A stretch of 64,000 nucleotides of DNA from a bacterium (GTDB lineage Bacteria > Desulfobacterota > Binatia > HRBIN30 > CADEER01). A model generated the notes under the pieces. That model had not been told where the DNA came from. It made no database searches and was given only the letters and a program-made list of their open reading frames with translations. This document shows positions 21,479-30,403 of the stretch, piece by piece. Position numbers and translations under genes: made by a program. The DNA is taken from NCBI GenBank assembly GCA_030430165.1, contig JAUIGL010000012.1, positions 6,137 through 70,136 of the forward strand, written 5' to 3'. Each line of letters opens with the position of its first letter. Position 1 is the stretch's first letter.

Positions 21479-22666
21479 TCACCCGAACGAGGCTTGCTCC
21501 TGCTCCAGACAACCTTCGATGGCGGTCAGCACGGCGCGGATGAGGTCGTTGATCGAGACCCCGCCGCCGTCGCTGTCGGCGTGCGGGCACTCCTCGGGCA
21601 GGGCGTCGCCGAGGGCGATGCGCACGGCGACGATGAGCTCGCTGATGCTCACCTGACCGTCTTCGTCGCAATCGCCAGGGCAGTCGACGAGTACGATTGC
21701 CGCCGTCGGCGACACGGTCGAGGTCGGAGTCGCCGTTTCGCCAGGGGGCGTCGGCGAGGACGACGGTGTCACCGTTTCGGTTGCCGCCAGGGTTGCGGTT
21801 GGTTCCGCCCGCTCGGTGCGGGCTTCGGTGGCGGTGGGAGACGGCGTGTCGGAGGGAGTCAGTGACGGCGTATCGGTTGCGGTGTAGGTGCTGGTTGCGG
21901 ATCTCGTAAAGGTCGCGGTCGGGGAATCCGTGCGGGTCGCCGTGAAGGTTGCGGTCGGGCGCGTCGGAGTATGCGTTTGGGTCGGTCGGCGCGTGCGCGT
22001 GTCGGTGCGCGTCGGCGTGTGCGGCCGGGTACGCGTGCGCGTGCGGGTCGCAGTTGGGGTCAGCGTGTCCTTGCGAGTGTAGGTCTTGGTGAAGGTCGGG
22101 GTCCGCGTCGACGTTGGCCGCAACCGGATGGTCGGGGTGAAGGTGAAGGTCGGGCGTCGGATCAGTGTGTTGGTCGGTGTCGCGCTTCGCGTCCTGGTCG
22201 GTGTCCGTGTCCTGGTGCGGGTCGAGGTCCGGGTGCGGGTATGGGTAGGGGTCGAAGTGGGCGGGGGGTCCGCGCAGAACCCTTGCTCACACACCTCGGT
22301 GCGCGGACAGTCGAGGTCGGTGTCGCACGGCTGGGCGGTCAGCGCCGGGTCGCAGTCGCCGTTGCCGTCGCAGGTCCCGGGAGCGCCGAACAAGAAGCAG
22401 AGACTGCCGCGTGGTCGTGGTGCGAAGAAGCATCCACCGGCGTTCTCCGAGCAGCTGGCCTGGTAGCACGGGCCAGGCGCTGTGCAGGTGACCGGCGGGT
22501 TCGAGCAGAAGCCGGTGCAGATGTCCAAAGTGCACTTCTTGCCGTCGTCGCACTGCGACGGGCTGGTGCAGATTTGCGCCGCCGCCGGGCCGGGCCGGGC
22601 TACGATCCCGGCCGCCGCCAGTACCACCACGCCTAGCCACGCCACCATTTGCCTGCCGATGCTCAT
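21479..22666 (-). CDS. Secreted protein: N-terminal Cys-rich domain, central Thr/Pro/Arg-rich repeat linker, C-terminal dockerin-like Ca-binding repeats
   Basis: A signal peptide (MSIGRQMVAWLGVVVLAAAGIVA) is followed by about 25 Cys in the first 150 aa, then (T-R/T-P-T)n over about 150 aa, then DCDEDGQVSISELI / DSDGGGVSINDLI pairs. An RBS GGGAGGTG lies upstream. Confidence 0.6.
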   Translation of the reverse strand: MSIGRQMVAWLGVVVLAAAGIVARPGPAAAQICTSPSQCDDGKKCTLDICTGFCSNPPVTCTAPGPCYQASCSENAGGCFFAPRPRGSLCFLFGAPGTCDGNGDCDPALTAQPCDTDLDCPRTEVCEQGFCADPPPTSTPTHTRTRTSTRTRTRTPTRTRSATPTNTLIRRPTFTFTPTIRLRPTSTRTPTFTKTYTRKDTLTPTATRTRTRTRPHTPTRTDTRTRRPTQTHTPTRPTATFTATRTDSPTATFTRSATSTYTATDTPSLTPSDTPSPTATEARTERAEPTATLAATETVTPSSSPTPPGETATPTSTVSPTAAIVLVDCPGDCDEDGQVSISELIVAVRIALGDALPEECPHADSDGGGVSINDLIRAVLTAIEGCLEQEQASFG

Positions 22667-22811
22667 CGTCACCTCCCGGTTGCCGAATGCGGAGCGCGCG
22701 GCGCTCCTCAACCAACTAGGGGCTACTTTCGCGGGCGCGATGCGCCCGCGAAGCGCGCAACGCCGGTGGCGGCCTCGTCAACCTAGGCAACGCCGGGGAT
22801 CGATCGAGGAG

Positions 22812-25800
22812 TCAGTCGACCGACCAATCCGTCGGTTTTTCAGGCCTATAGGAGCAAAATGTGCCGGTGTGGATTGCATTTGCGAGGTGCCTGGAGAGTG
22901 CCTCGTGGGCCGAGCCGATGCGGCCGACGGCGGCGCGGATGTTCTTGGCCACAGCCTTGCGGATGTTCTCGCGAAGCCGATTCCGCCCGTGGGCGGCGAT
23001 TTCCGGGGAATAGGCGGCGATCAACTCCTCGCTCAACCGGTCGAGCTCTTCTCGGGCACGGCTCGCGCGCCCGACGTCGTTGTTCTCCTCGGCCTCTGCC
23101 AGCTGCTCACGGAGGTCCTTGACTCGCTTGCGGTACTCCGCGCGCGCCTTTGCGTCCGGATTCGGCTCGGTGAGCCCGCTCTCGTGCCGTCCGAGCCCGG
23201 CGCCGGCGAGATCGGCGACGTGAAACTCGCGGCCGGGCTCGCGCAGCAGCGTTCGGACGTAGTGGAGGCCCTTGAGATCCTTCACCCGGATGGTTCGCCC
23301 TGCGTAGGTGATCGTCCAGAAGTCGCCATCCCGGCGGAAGACGTGGGTGTCGCCGGTTGCGGGGGCATCGGCCGGGGGACGCCGCTTCCCGCCGACGCGT
23401 GTCAGGAGACGCTCGCCACGCTCCTGCCACGGACCCATGTCGAGATCGGCAAGCCCGGCGAGGGCGGCGCGCAGGAGACCCTCTGCGCGGTTCCGCTCAC
23501 CGTCGAGCCGCAGGAGCATGTCGGCGTGGTCGAGGCGCGCGCGTGCCATTAGAGGCCGTGCTCCCATGCGCGAGTAGGTTTCCTCGGCCGCGGCAAAGTG
23601 CTCGTCGGCTTCGCACGGGGCGCCCAGCACGGTGGCGAGGAGTCCGAGATAGTGACTGACGGTCCCGCTGCAGGCGGCAAACCAGGATCCGATGACGACC
23701 AGGTCGCGGTGCGGCAGCAACATCTCGTAGAGCTGTCGCGATCTCTCTGTGTCGTCGAGAAACCAGCAGACGTGGGCGGCGTCGGTGAGACCGGTGAGCC
23801 AGTTCGAGTCGCGCGGGTAGTCCTCGAAGTCGGCGGCGGCAACCGCGTCGAAGACGCGCCGGCACTCGTCGAGCCGGCCCATGTGCCCGTAGGCGAGTGC
23901 GAGCGGGCCGCGCGCCGCCGGGATGTGCGCCATGCTGCGGGCGAACTCGACGATCGCCGGCTCCATTTCGTGGAGTCTGCCTTGCTCCAGGCGGGTGCGG
24001 TAGAGCTGGATGCTGAGCATCAGCGGAGCGTTCAGGATCTGCGCCGCCTGGCCGGCCTGGCATGCCTCCAGCGCCTGCGCCTCGGCATCGGCGAGCGCCC
24101 CTTCGAGGAGCAGGAACATGGCGCGAAAGACTGCGACGCGCCACCGGTTGAACGGGTAGCGCTGTTGCTCGGCGCAGGATTCCTGGCGGTCGACGTGCAC
24201 CCGCGCCAGCTCCGCCTCGCCGCGCTGCAGCGAGTTGATTGCGCACCAGTTGTGTCCGTTGACGAGCAGGCTCGGGTCGTCGGTCTGCTCGGCGAGGGTC
24301 AGGATCCGCTGCGCCATCTGCTCGCGCTCGCCGATGTGGTCCGGTCCGTAGAGAACCATGATCCGCTCGCCGAGCACGCGCCCGAGGGTCGCCTGGTCGC
24401 AAACCGCTTCCGCGATCCGCACCGCCTCGGCGCTGCGTTTCAACACCAGCGTCTGGTTCTGCGCGTAGTACTGCGGCAAGAGGCTTCGTGTGAGCAGCTC
24501 GGCACGCAACGGATGTGCGCCTTCGCCGAGAGCTGCCAGCGCCTCCTCGACCAGCTGGGCTTTGTCGGAATCGGCGCCGACGCCGATGTTCCAGAGGCCG
24601 GCCATGCCGAGCGCGGCGCGCGCCAACAACTCGGCATCGCCCACCGACCTGGCAATCGCCGCGGCTTCGGCAAACGCCTCGCGTCCGCCGATTTCGTAGG
24701 CTACCAGGGCCTGGGCTCGGCCGAGGGCGAGCAGCAGCACGGCCCGCGTCCGTTGGCGTTCGCCATCGTCGCGTTGCGGGTCGATAGCGAGAACGCGCAG
24801 TGCCGCGGCGTACTGCGCCGCGGCTTCCTCGTAGGCATGCTGGCGCATGTAGCTGTCGCCGGCTCGGTTCGCGTACTCGATCGCCTTGTCGCCGTCGCCG
24901 AGGGAGGCGGCGCCGACGTAGTGGTGCGCCAGCTCACCGACCGCGGTATCGGCACGCTCGCCGAGCCACTGCTCCAGCGCTCGTGCGACCGTTTGGTGAA
25001 CCCGCGCCCGCTCGCTCCCTGTGACCTCCCGGTCGAGGACGTCGCGAACCAGTGGATGGCAGAACCGGTACCTGCCGACCTCGCCGGCTGGTTCGATCAC
25101 TTCGGCGCGGCAAGCGTCGTCGAGCAGGTCGGCGGGTGTGTGTCCGGCAGCGTGCGCCGACAGTGCCTGCCAGATCGCGTCGAGCAAGCGTTCGTCGAGC
25201 TCGTGTCCGATCACTGCGGCGAAGCGCAGCAGCTCGACCGCCGGCGCCGCCAGCCCGTCCAGACGGCGCCTCACCGCGTGGCGAACCCCGGCGGCCAGCG
25301 GCAGCGCGGCGACGGCGTCGGAGCTCGCGCCGGGACGCTGGACGAGCAGGCGTGACACCTCGCTCACGAAGAGCGCGTTGCCGGCAGTCTTTTGATGCAC
25401 GCTGTTCACCAGCTCGCGGCCGACGTCGCCGCCGAGTACGTTTGCGAGAAACTCGGCGACGGCGTCGCGGCTCAAGCCGCCGAGCTCGATCAGCAACCCC
25501 TGGCGCTCGATGTCGCCGAGCGCATCGGCGAGCTCGCGATCCCGGCGAACCTCGACCGGGCGATAGGTGGCGACCAGTACGATCGCAGTGTCGCGAAGCA
25601 CGGGTGCCAGATGGCGCAGTACGAGCAGAGATGTGCGGTCCGCCCAATGGAGGTCGTCGAGCAAGAGCAGGAGAGGGCGTCGCTCCGCCGCGTTGCGCAG
25701 GAACGCAGCGACGTGGTCGAAAGCCCGGAAACGAGCCTCCAGTCCTTGGAGCGCCGGCAGCCTCGGCAGCGGTCCGCTGCGCTCCAGGATGCTGGGGGCG

Positions 25801-26219
25801 AGCGCCGCGACATCGGCGGCGCCGCGCCCGAGGCAGGCGCGGAGATCGTCGGCGGGGAGCCGCTGCGCGAGAGCGCGAATGATCTCGATCCACGGCCAGA
25901 ACGCGGGAGCGCCCTCGCTTTCGCGGCAGCGCCCCCAGTACACGTCGAAATCAGACGCCTCGCCGGCGATCTCGGAAGCGACTCTGGTCTTGCCGGCCCC
26001 CGCATCGCCGACCACGAGAGTCAGGCTGCCTCTTCCCGCTCGCGCCGAGTCGACGGCGGCACGCAACTGGCCGATCTCTGCGGTCCGACCTACGAAGACC
26101 GCCGCGGGGAACGAGGGTGTCTGCTTGCCAGGGGAGTCCATGGACGACCAGGCCACCACATTAAGGCTGCCCAACGCTCGCTGACAAGATCCGCGCCGGG
26201 TCCGAGCGCCTGGCGGCAT
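22812..26219 (-). CDS. STAND-type P-loop NTPase (AAA_16-like) with TPR/helical sensor region and uncharacterised 200-aa C-terminal domain
   Basis: Walker A is LVVGDAGAGKT and Walker B is LLLLDDLHWAD, followed by about 700 aa of TPR-like helices. No LuxR HTH is recognised at the C-terminus. An alternative start is MDSPGK at 26142. Confidence 0.7.
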   Translation of the reverse strand: MPPGARTRRGSCQRALGSLNVVAWSSMDSPGKQTPSFPAAVFVGRTAEIGQLRAAVDSARAGRGSLTLVVGDAGAGKTRVASEIAGEASDFDVYWGRCRESEGAPAFWPWIEIIRALAQRLPADDLRACLGRGAADVAALAPSILERSGPLPRLPALQGLEARFRAFDHVAAFLRNAAERRPLLLLLDDLHWADRTSLLVLRHLAPVLRDTAIVLVATYRPVEVRRDRELADALGDIERQGLLIELGGLSRDAVAEFLANVLGGDVGRELVNSVHQKTAGNALFVSEVSRLLVQRPGASSDAVAALPLAAGVRHAVRRRLDGLAAPAVELLRFAAVIGHELDERLLDAIWQALSAHAAGHTPADLLDDACRAEVIEPAGEVGRYRFCHPLVRDVLDREVTGSERARVHQTVARALEQWLGERADTAVGELAHHYVGAASLGDGDKAIEYANRAGDSYMRQHAYEEAAAQYAAALRVLAIDPQRDDGERQRTRAVLLLALGRAQALVAYEIGGREAFAEAAAIARSVGDAELLARAALGMAGLWNIGVGADSDKAQLVEEALAALGEGAHPLRAELLTRSLLPQYYAQNQTLVLKRSAEAVRIAEAVCDQATLGRVLGERIMVLYGPDHIGEREQMAQRILTLAEQTDDPSLLVNGHNWCAINSLQRGEAELARVHVDRQESCAEQQRYPFNRWRVAVFRAMFLLLEGALADAEAQALEACQAGQAAQILNAPLMLSIQLYRTRLEQGRLHEMEPAIVEFARSMAHIPAARGPLALAYGHMGRLDECRRVFDAVAAADFEDYPRDSNWLTGLTDAAHVCWFLDDTERSRQLYEMLLPHRDLVVIGSWFAACSGTVSHYLGLLATVLGAPCEADEHFAAAEETYSRMGARPLMARARLDHADMLLRLDGERNRAEGLLRAALAGLADLDMGPWQERGERLLTRVGGKRRPPADAPATGDTHVFRRDGDFWTITYAGRTIRVKDLKGLHYVRTLLREPGREFHVADLAGAGLGRHESGLTEPNPDAKARAEYRKRVKDLREQLAEAEENNDVGRASRAREELDRLSEELIAAYSPEIAAHGRNRLRENIRKAVAKNIRAAVGRIGSAHEALSRHLANAIHTGTFCSYRPEKPTDWSVD

Positions 26220-26274
26220 TGGACCCGGGAAACGGCGCGGGTTATGAAGGTCCGCTCATCTCGAGCCCAGGAGG

Positions 26275-28110
26275 TTGCCAGCAGTGTCAGAATCCCGCGT
26301 CAAGATCGAAGCCGACTTTACCGTCGCCGCGCAGCTCGAAGCGCGCGCGTCTCACCCCGATCTCGAGAACAAGCCGGTGCTGGTGCAGCACCAGCGCACT
26401 TGGACCTACAAGGACTACCGTAATCACTGTGTCCGCATGAGTCGCTTCCTGCTCGGTCGGCTGGGCGCGATCGACGATGCGCGGCCGGGTCACGTGGCGA
26501 TGATGCTGGAGAACCACCTCGAGCTGATGGCGCTGTTCGGCGGATGCTCGTACGGCGGGCTGACGCTCTTCGGCATCAATACCGGGCTGCGCGGCGAGGT
26601 GCTGGCCGGCGTGCTCAATCAGTCGCGCGCTCGCCTCCTGGTGGTCGATGAGAAGCTGTTTCCGGAGGTGGAGAAGGTAGCGGGGCAGCTGCAGAACATC
26701 GCGGCGGAGAACATCCTCGTGCTGCCGACCCAGGGTGGATCGGTCGAGGCTTCCGCCGACCTGCGCCAGTGTCTGGAGTCGGAAGTAGGGCCCGCCGACT
26801 CTAGTCTCGATGCGCCCTCGGTGGGCACCAGCATGGAGACCAACCTGATGGTGATCTACACCTCGGGGACCACCGGGCTGCCGAAGGGGATCAACAACAA
26901 CAACTTCAAGCTGTGCATGATCGGCGCCGCCGTGTCGGAGGGGATGGACGTTCGCCACGACGACCGCGGCTACGGTTGCATGCCGTTGTTCCACTCGAAT
27001 GCCCTCTTCGTCGGCTTCATGCCGGCGTTCTGGGCTGGCGGCAGCATGGCGATTCGCGAACGCTTCAGCGCCAGCCACTTCGTGCCGGACGTGCTCGAGC
27101 ACGGGGTCACCATGTGGAACTACGTCGGCGAGCCGGTGCACTACGTGCTCTCCGCCCTCGAGAAGCAGTACCAGGGCGACCGCGATCGCATCATCGCCGA
27201 AGTCGCGCGCAACCCGCGCAATCATCTGCGCTTTGCCGTCGGCAACGGCGCGTCGCCGCCGGATATCGACCGATTCACCGAGTGGCTCGGGCTCGAGGAC
27301 ATGTACGAGCTCTACGGCTCGACCGAGGCGGCGATCAGCACCTTTCGCAAGAAGGGAGACCCGCGCGGCACGGTGGGCCAGATCAACGACGACAACGTCA
27401 AGATCCTCGACGTCGACGGCCGCGAGTGTCCGCCGGCACGCCTCGGCGACAGCGGCGAGCTGCTCAACTACGAAGACTGCGTCGGCGAGATCTGCCGGGT
27501 TGCGGCGGACACTTCGCTGTTCCAGGGCTACTTCGACAACGAAGCGGCCAACTCGCAGAAGTACCGCGACGGCGTCTACCACTCCGGCGATCTCGGCCAC
27601 ATCCTCGAGCAGGACGGCAAGCGCTTTCTCTTCTTCGACGGACGCACCGACGACTGGATCCGCAAGGACGGCGAGAACTTCTCGGCAGGGCAGGTCGGTC
27701 GGCTGATCAGCGAGCACGACGACATCGCGCTCGCGGTCGCGTATGGCGTCCCCTGCGCGGTGTCGGACGAGCTGGTGATGACGGCGATCAAGTTGCGCGA
27801 AGGCGCGTCGTTCGACCCCAAGGCCTTCTTCGATTGGTGCGAGGCGCAGGTCAGCGACGCCAGCATGGACCGCAAGTGGTTCCCCGACTTCGTCCGTCTT
27901 GTCGACGACTTCGAGTTTACCGAGACGCAGAAGGTGCTGGTGCGCAACCTCAAGAAAGTGCATTTCGATCTGCGCCGACTCGGCGCCGGGCAACCGATCT
28001 TCTGGCGGCGCCGCGGCGACGACACCTTTCATCGCTTTGGCAGCGACGACTTCGCAGCCTTGCAGGAGGAGTTCGCCAAGGCCGAACGGGCCGAGTTGCT
28101 CGACCGCTGA
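26275..28110 (+). CDS. Long-chain fatty acid-CoA ligase / AMP-dependent synthetase
   Basis: The AMP-binding motif is YTSGTTGLPKG, with a later YHSGDLG...DGRTDDWIRKDGENF core. Confidence 0.85.
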   Translation: MPAVSESRVKIEADFTVAAQLEARASHPDLENKPVLVQHQRTWTYKDYRNHCVRMSRFLLGRLGAIDDARPGHVAMMLENHLELMALFGGCSYGGLTLFGINTGLRGEVLAGVLNQSRARLLVVDEKLFPEVEKVAGQLQNIAAENILVLPTQGGSVEASADLRQCLESEVGPADSSLDAPSVGTSMETNLMVIYTSGTTGLPKGINNNNFKLCMIGAAVSEGMDVRHDDRGYGCMPLFHSNALFVGFMPAFWAGGSMAIRERFSASHFVPDVLEHGVTMWNYVGEPVHYVLSALEKQYQGDRDRIIAEVARNPRNHLRFAVGNGASPPDIDRFTEWLGLEDMYELYGSTEAAISTFRKKGDPRGTVGQINDDNVKILDVDGRECPPARLGDSGELLNYEDCVGEICRVAADTSLFQGYFDNEAANSQKYRDGVYHSGDLGHILEQDGKRFLFFDGRTDDWIRKDGENFSAGQVGRLISEHDDIALAVAYGVPCAVSDELVMTAIKLREGASFDPKAFFDWCEAQVSDASMDRKWFPDFVRLVDDFEFTETQKVLVRNLKKVHFDLRRLGAGQPIFWRRRGDDTFHRFGSDDFAALQEEFAKAERAELLDR

Positions 28111-28113
28111 GCG

Positions 28114-29523
28114 ATGTCGCGCGCGCCGGGCCAAGCTTGCCAGGTGGCCGTGGTCGGCGGCGGGCTGGGCGGCTTGCTGGCGGCGGCGATCGTCGCCCGG
28201 CAGGGGCGCGACGTCGTCCTGCTGGAGCGCGCGGCCGCCGTCGGCGGGCGGTTGCGCTCGTTCGACGTGGAAGGCGGTTACATCGTCGATGCCGGCGCCT
28301 ACCTGTGGCCGGACGCTCACTTCAGCGAGGCCTTGCGCCGCGCCGGCGCCGACGACTTTCGCACCAGCGAGATCGCCGGCGATCGGGTGCTGCGCCTGTA
28401 CGTCGAGGGGCAGGGGGGCCGGCGCCAGGCGTTTCCCTTTCCGTTGCGTACGCCGAGCGCCAAGATGCTGGCCTCGGCTGCCGTCGCCCTCGACGCCGAC
28501 GAAGAGACCTACGCCGGCTTGTGCGAGCTCTGGCAGCGGCTCGCCGCGCTGACCGATGCCGAGGTCGAGCGCCTGCGGCTGGTGCCGTTGCGGCAAGGGC
28601 TGGGGGCGTTGTCTCCGTCACCGACGGTTGCAGAGGCGTTCCGTCGCAACGTCATGCTGTACGGCAGCTACGACCCCGACGCGGCGTCGATGGCGGAGTG
28701 CATCGAGCTGTGTCGCCGGCCCGCCGGCCGCAATCCGGCGACTCCGGTGGTGGCGGGAAACAACCGCGTCGGCGGCGTTCGCGCTCTGGTCGCCGCGTTG
28801 GCCGGCGCGCTGAGCGACGCCGGGGTACGCGTCGAGATCGATGCGCGAGTCGAGCGTATCGAGGTGGATGCGGGGCGTGCCTGCGCTGTCCACTACCGGC
28901 GCGGCGACGAAATGACGCGTCTGGCGGCAGAGTCGATCGTCTGCGACGTGCCGATCGACCGGGCGATCGATCTATTCGACCGTTCGCTTCTGCCGGACGA
29001 GCTGGTCGACAGCGCGGGCAAGTGGTCGGCGGTCGGAGGAGTGATCGCCGCCGCCTATGCGTTTCGCGGAATGCCACATTTGAACGACGGCGGTGCGCAG
29101 GACGACTTCCCCGGCTGGACCCGTTTGTTGACCGGCCCGGATCGCGAGTTCGGCGGTGGAATGTTGTGGACGACCATGCACAGCCCGCACAACGCGCCGC
29201 CGGGACACCATCTCCTGCAAGCGATGCGCTTGAGCCCGCGCAGCGATGTCGATGACCCGAGCCGCGTCGCCGCGGTGCACGACTCGTTCGAGCGCATGCT
29301 CGCCGAGATCTATTCGGACGCCGCCGAGCGCATGCTCTGGTCGCGGCGCTGGACGACCGCGGACGGCACCGAGTACATGGTCGCCACGGCGCGGCGACCG
29401 CCGGTGCGCTCTGCCTTCGCCGCAGGGCTCTATTTCGTCGGCGAAACCACCGACGTGCAGGCGGTGCAGATGGACGCGGCCGCGCTGTCGGCGCTGCACT
29501 GCGCGGAGATGATTCTCGGCTGA
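28114..29523 (+). CDS. FAD-dependent oxidoreductase (phytoene-desaturase/amine-oxidase-like family)
   Basis: The N-terminal Rossmann dinucleotide motif is VAVVGGGLGGLLAAAIVARQGRDVVLLE, and the protein is about 470 aa. Confidence 0.7.
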   Translation: MSRAPGQACQVAVVGGGLGGLLAAAIVARQGRDVVLLERAAAVGGRLRSFDVEGGYIVDAGAYLWPDAHFSEALRRAGADDFRTSEIAGDRVLRLYVEGQGGRRQAFPFPLRTPSAKMLASAAVALDADEETYAGLCELWQRLAALTDAEVERLRLVPLRQGLGALSPSPTVAEAFRRNVMLYGSYDPDAASMAECIELCRRPAGRNPATPVVAGNNRVGGVRALVAALAGALSDAGVRVEIDARVERIEVDAGRACAVHYRRGDEMTRLAAESIVCDVPIDRAIDLFDRSLLPDELVDSAGKWSAVGGVIAAAYAFRGMPHLNDGGAQDDFPGWTRLLTGPDREFGGGMLWTTMHSPHNAPPGHHLLQAMRLSPRSDVDDPSRVAAVHDSFERMLAEIYSDAAERMLWSRRWTTADGTEYMVATARRPPVRSAFAAGLYFVGETTDVQAVQMDAAALSALHCAEMILG

Positions 29524-29526
29524 GGC

Positions 29527-30135
29527 TCAGGCCAGGGCCGTCCGTACCTTGGGCCGTCGCGCGGCGATCGCGCGGAGCGCGACCACGCCGACGATGATCA
29601 CAGCCGCCGGCAGGTAGGTCGGCGATTCGGCGGCGCGCGGCAGGTACGAGTTGGCGAACAGAACCAGCAGATAGTACGAGCCGAAGCGGTGCAGGCGCTG
29701 CCAATTGCGCGTGCCGAGGAGGCGTACCGCGCCGTCGAACGAGGTCGCCGCCATGGCGGCGATGATCACGTAGGCGCCGCCGCCGAAAATCTTGGTGACG
29801 GTGTCGACCTCGAACGAGGAATCGAGCCTGGCGAGGGTCAGGATTGCGGCGAGGTGGACGAAATGCGACAGCGCGAAGCCGAGGCCGAGGTAGCGGCGAT
29901 TGCGCATCATCCAGCGGGTGATCGGAGCCGGTCGCAGCAGCAACAAGCTCGATGCCGAGAAGGAAGCGGCGAACAGGAGCAGAGAGATTCGCGCGGTCTG
30001 GCGGATGACGAGGCGCGTGGCCTCCTCACCCGCGCCGTGCAGGAGCACAGCGTGTGCGACGACTGTCGCGAGGAGCGCAGCGGTGACGCTGAGGAGGGTC
30101 CGGGCTTCGCCTCGCTTGCGCAGTTTCGAGCTCAT
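29527..30135 (-). CDS. Polytopic membrane protein (possibly ferric-reductase-like/YedZ-like heme-binding TM domain)
   Basis: It has 5-6 hydrophobic helices with conserved-looking His pairs (LSHFVHL, RLHRFGSY). The assignment is low-confidence. Confidence 0.45.
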   Translation of the reverse strand: MSSKLRKRGEARTLLSVTAALLATVVAHAVLLHGAGEEATRLVIRQTARISLLLFAASFSASSLLLLRPAPITRWMMRNRRYLGLGFALSHFVHLAAILTLARLDSSFEVDTVTKIFGGGAYVIIAAMAATSFDGAVRLLGTRNWQRLHRFGSYYLLVLFANSYLPRAAESPTYLPAAVIIVGVVALRAIAARRPKVRTALA

Positions 30136-30196
30136 GGCGGGATATCGCCACAGGCGGATTGGTGGCGCAAGATGGTCACACGAACGGGGAAACGCT

Positions 30197-30357
30197 AGTG
30201 TCCTGAACCAGAAGTTCGTTGCAAGAGTCGTCGAGCAATTGGCGTCCGTGCCAAGGCGCGACGACGAGGAATATCGGGAATATTTGGAGGAGGAGTAACG
30301 CTGGCAGGGCCGGCAAGGGCCGGCGAGGTTTGTGACGAACTCTGGTTCAGGACACTA
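30197..30357. promoter_or_regulatory. 25-bp inverted-repeat pair (CTAGTGTCCTGAACCAGAAGTTCGT ... ACGAACTCTGGTTCAGGACACTAG) bracketing about 110 bp in a divergent promoter region
   Basis: Read directly from the sequence. The interior holds GGAATATCGGGAATATTT and GCCGGCAAGGGCCGGC palindromes. Confidence 0.35.
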
Positions 30358-30403
30358 GGCTGCAGCCGGCTGTGCCTGAGGGATGAGGGAGCGCGATACA
30401 GCG

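Noticed and set aside
23598-25355. 585-aa plus-strand ORF
   Set aside because: It is antisense to the STAND NTPase gene and has no motifs.
26287-28596. 769-aa minus-strand ORF
   Set aside because: It is antisense to the acyl-CoA synthetase (clear AMP-binding motif on the plus strand).
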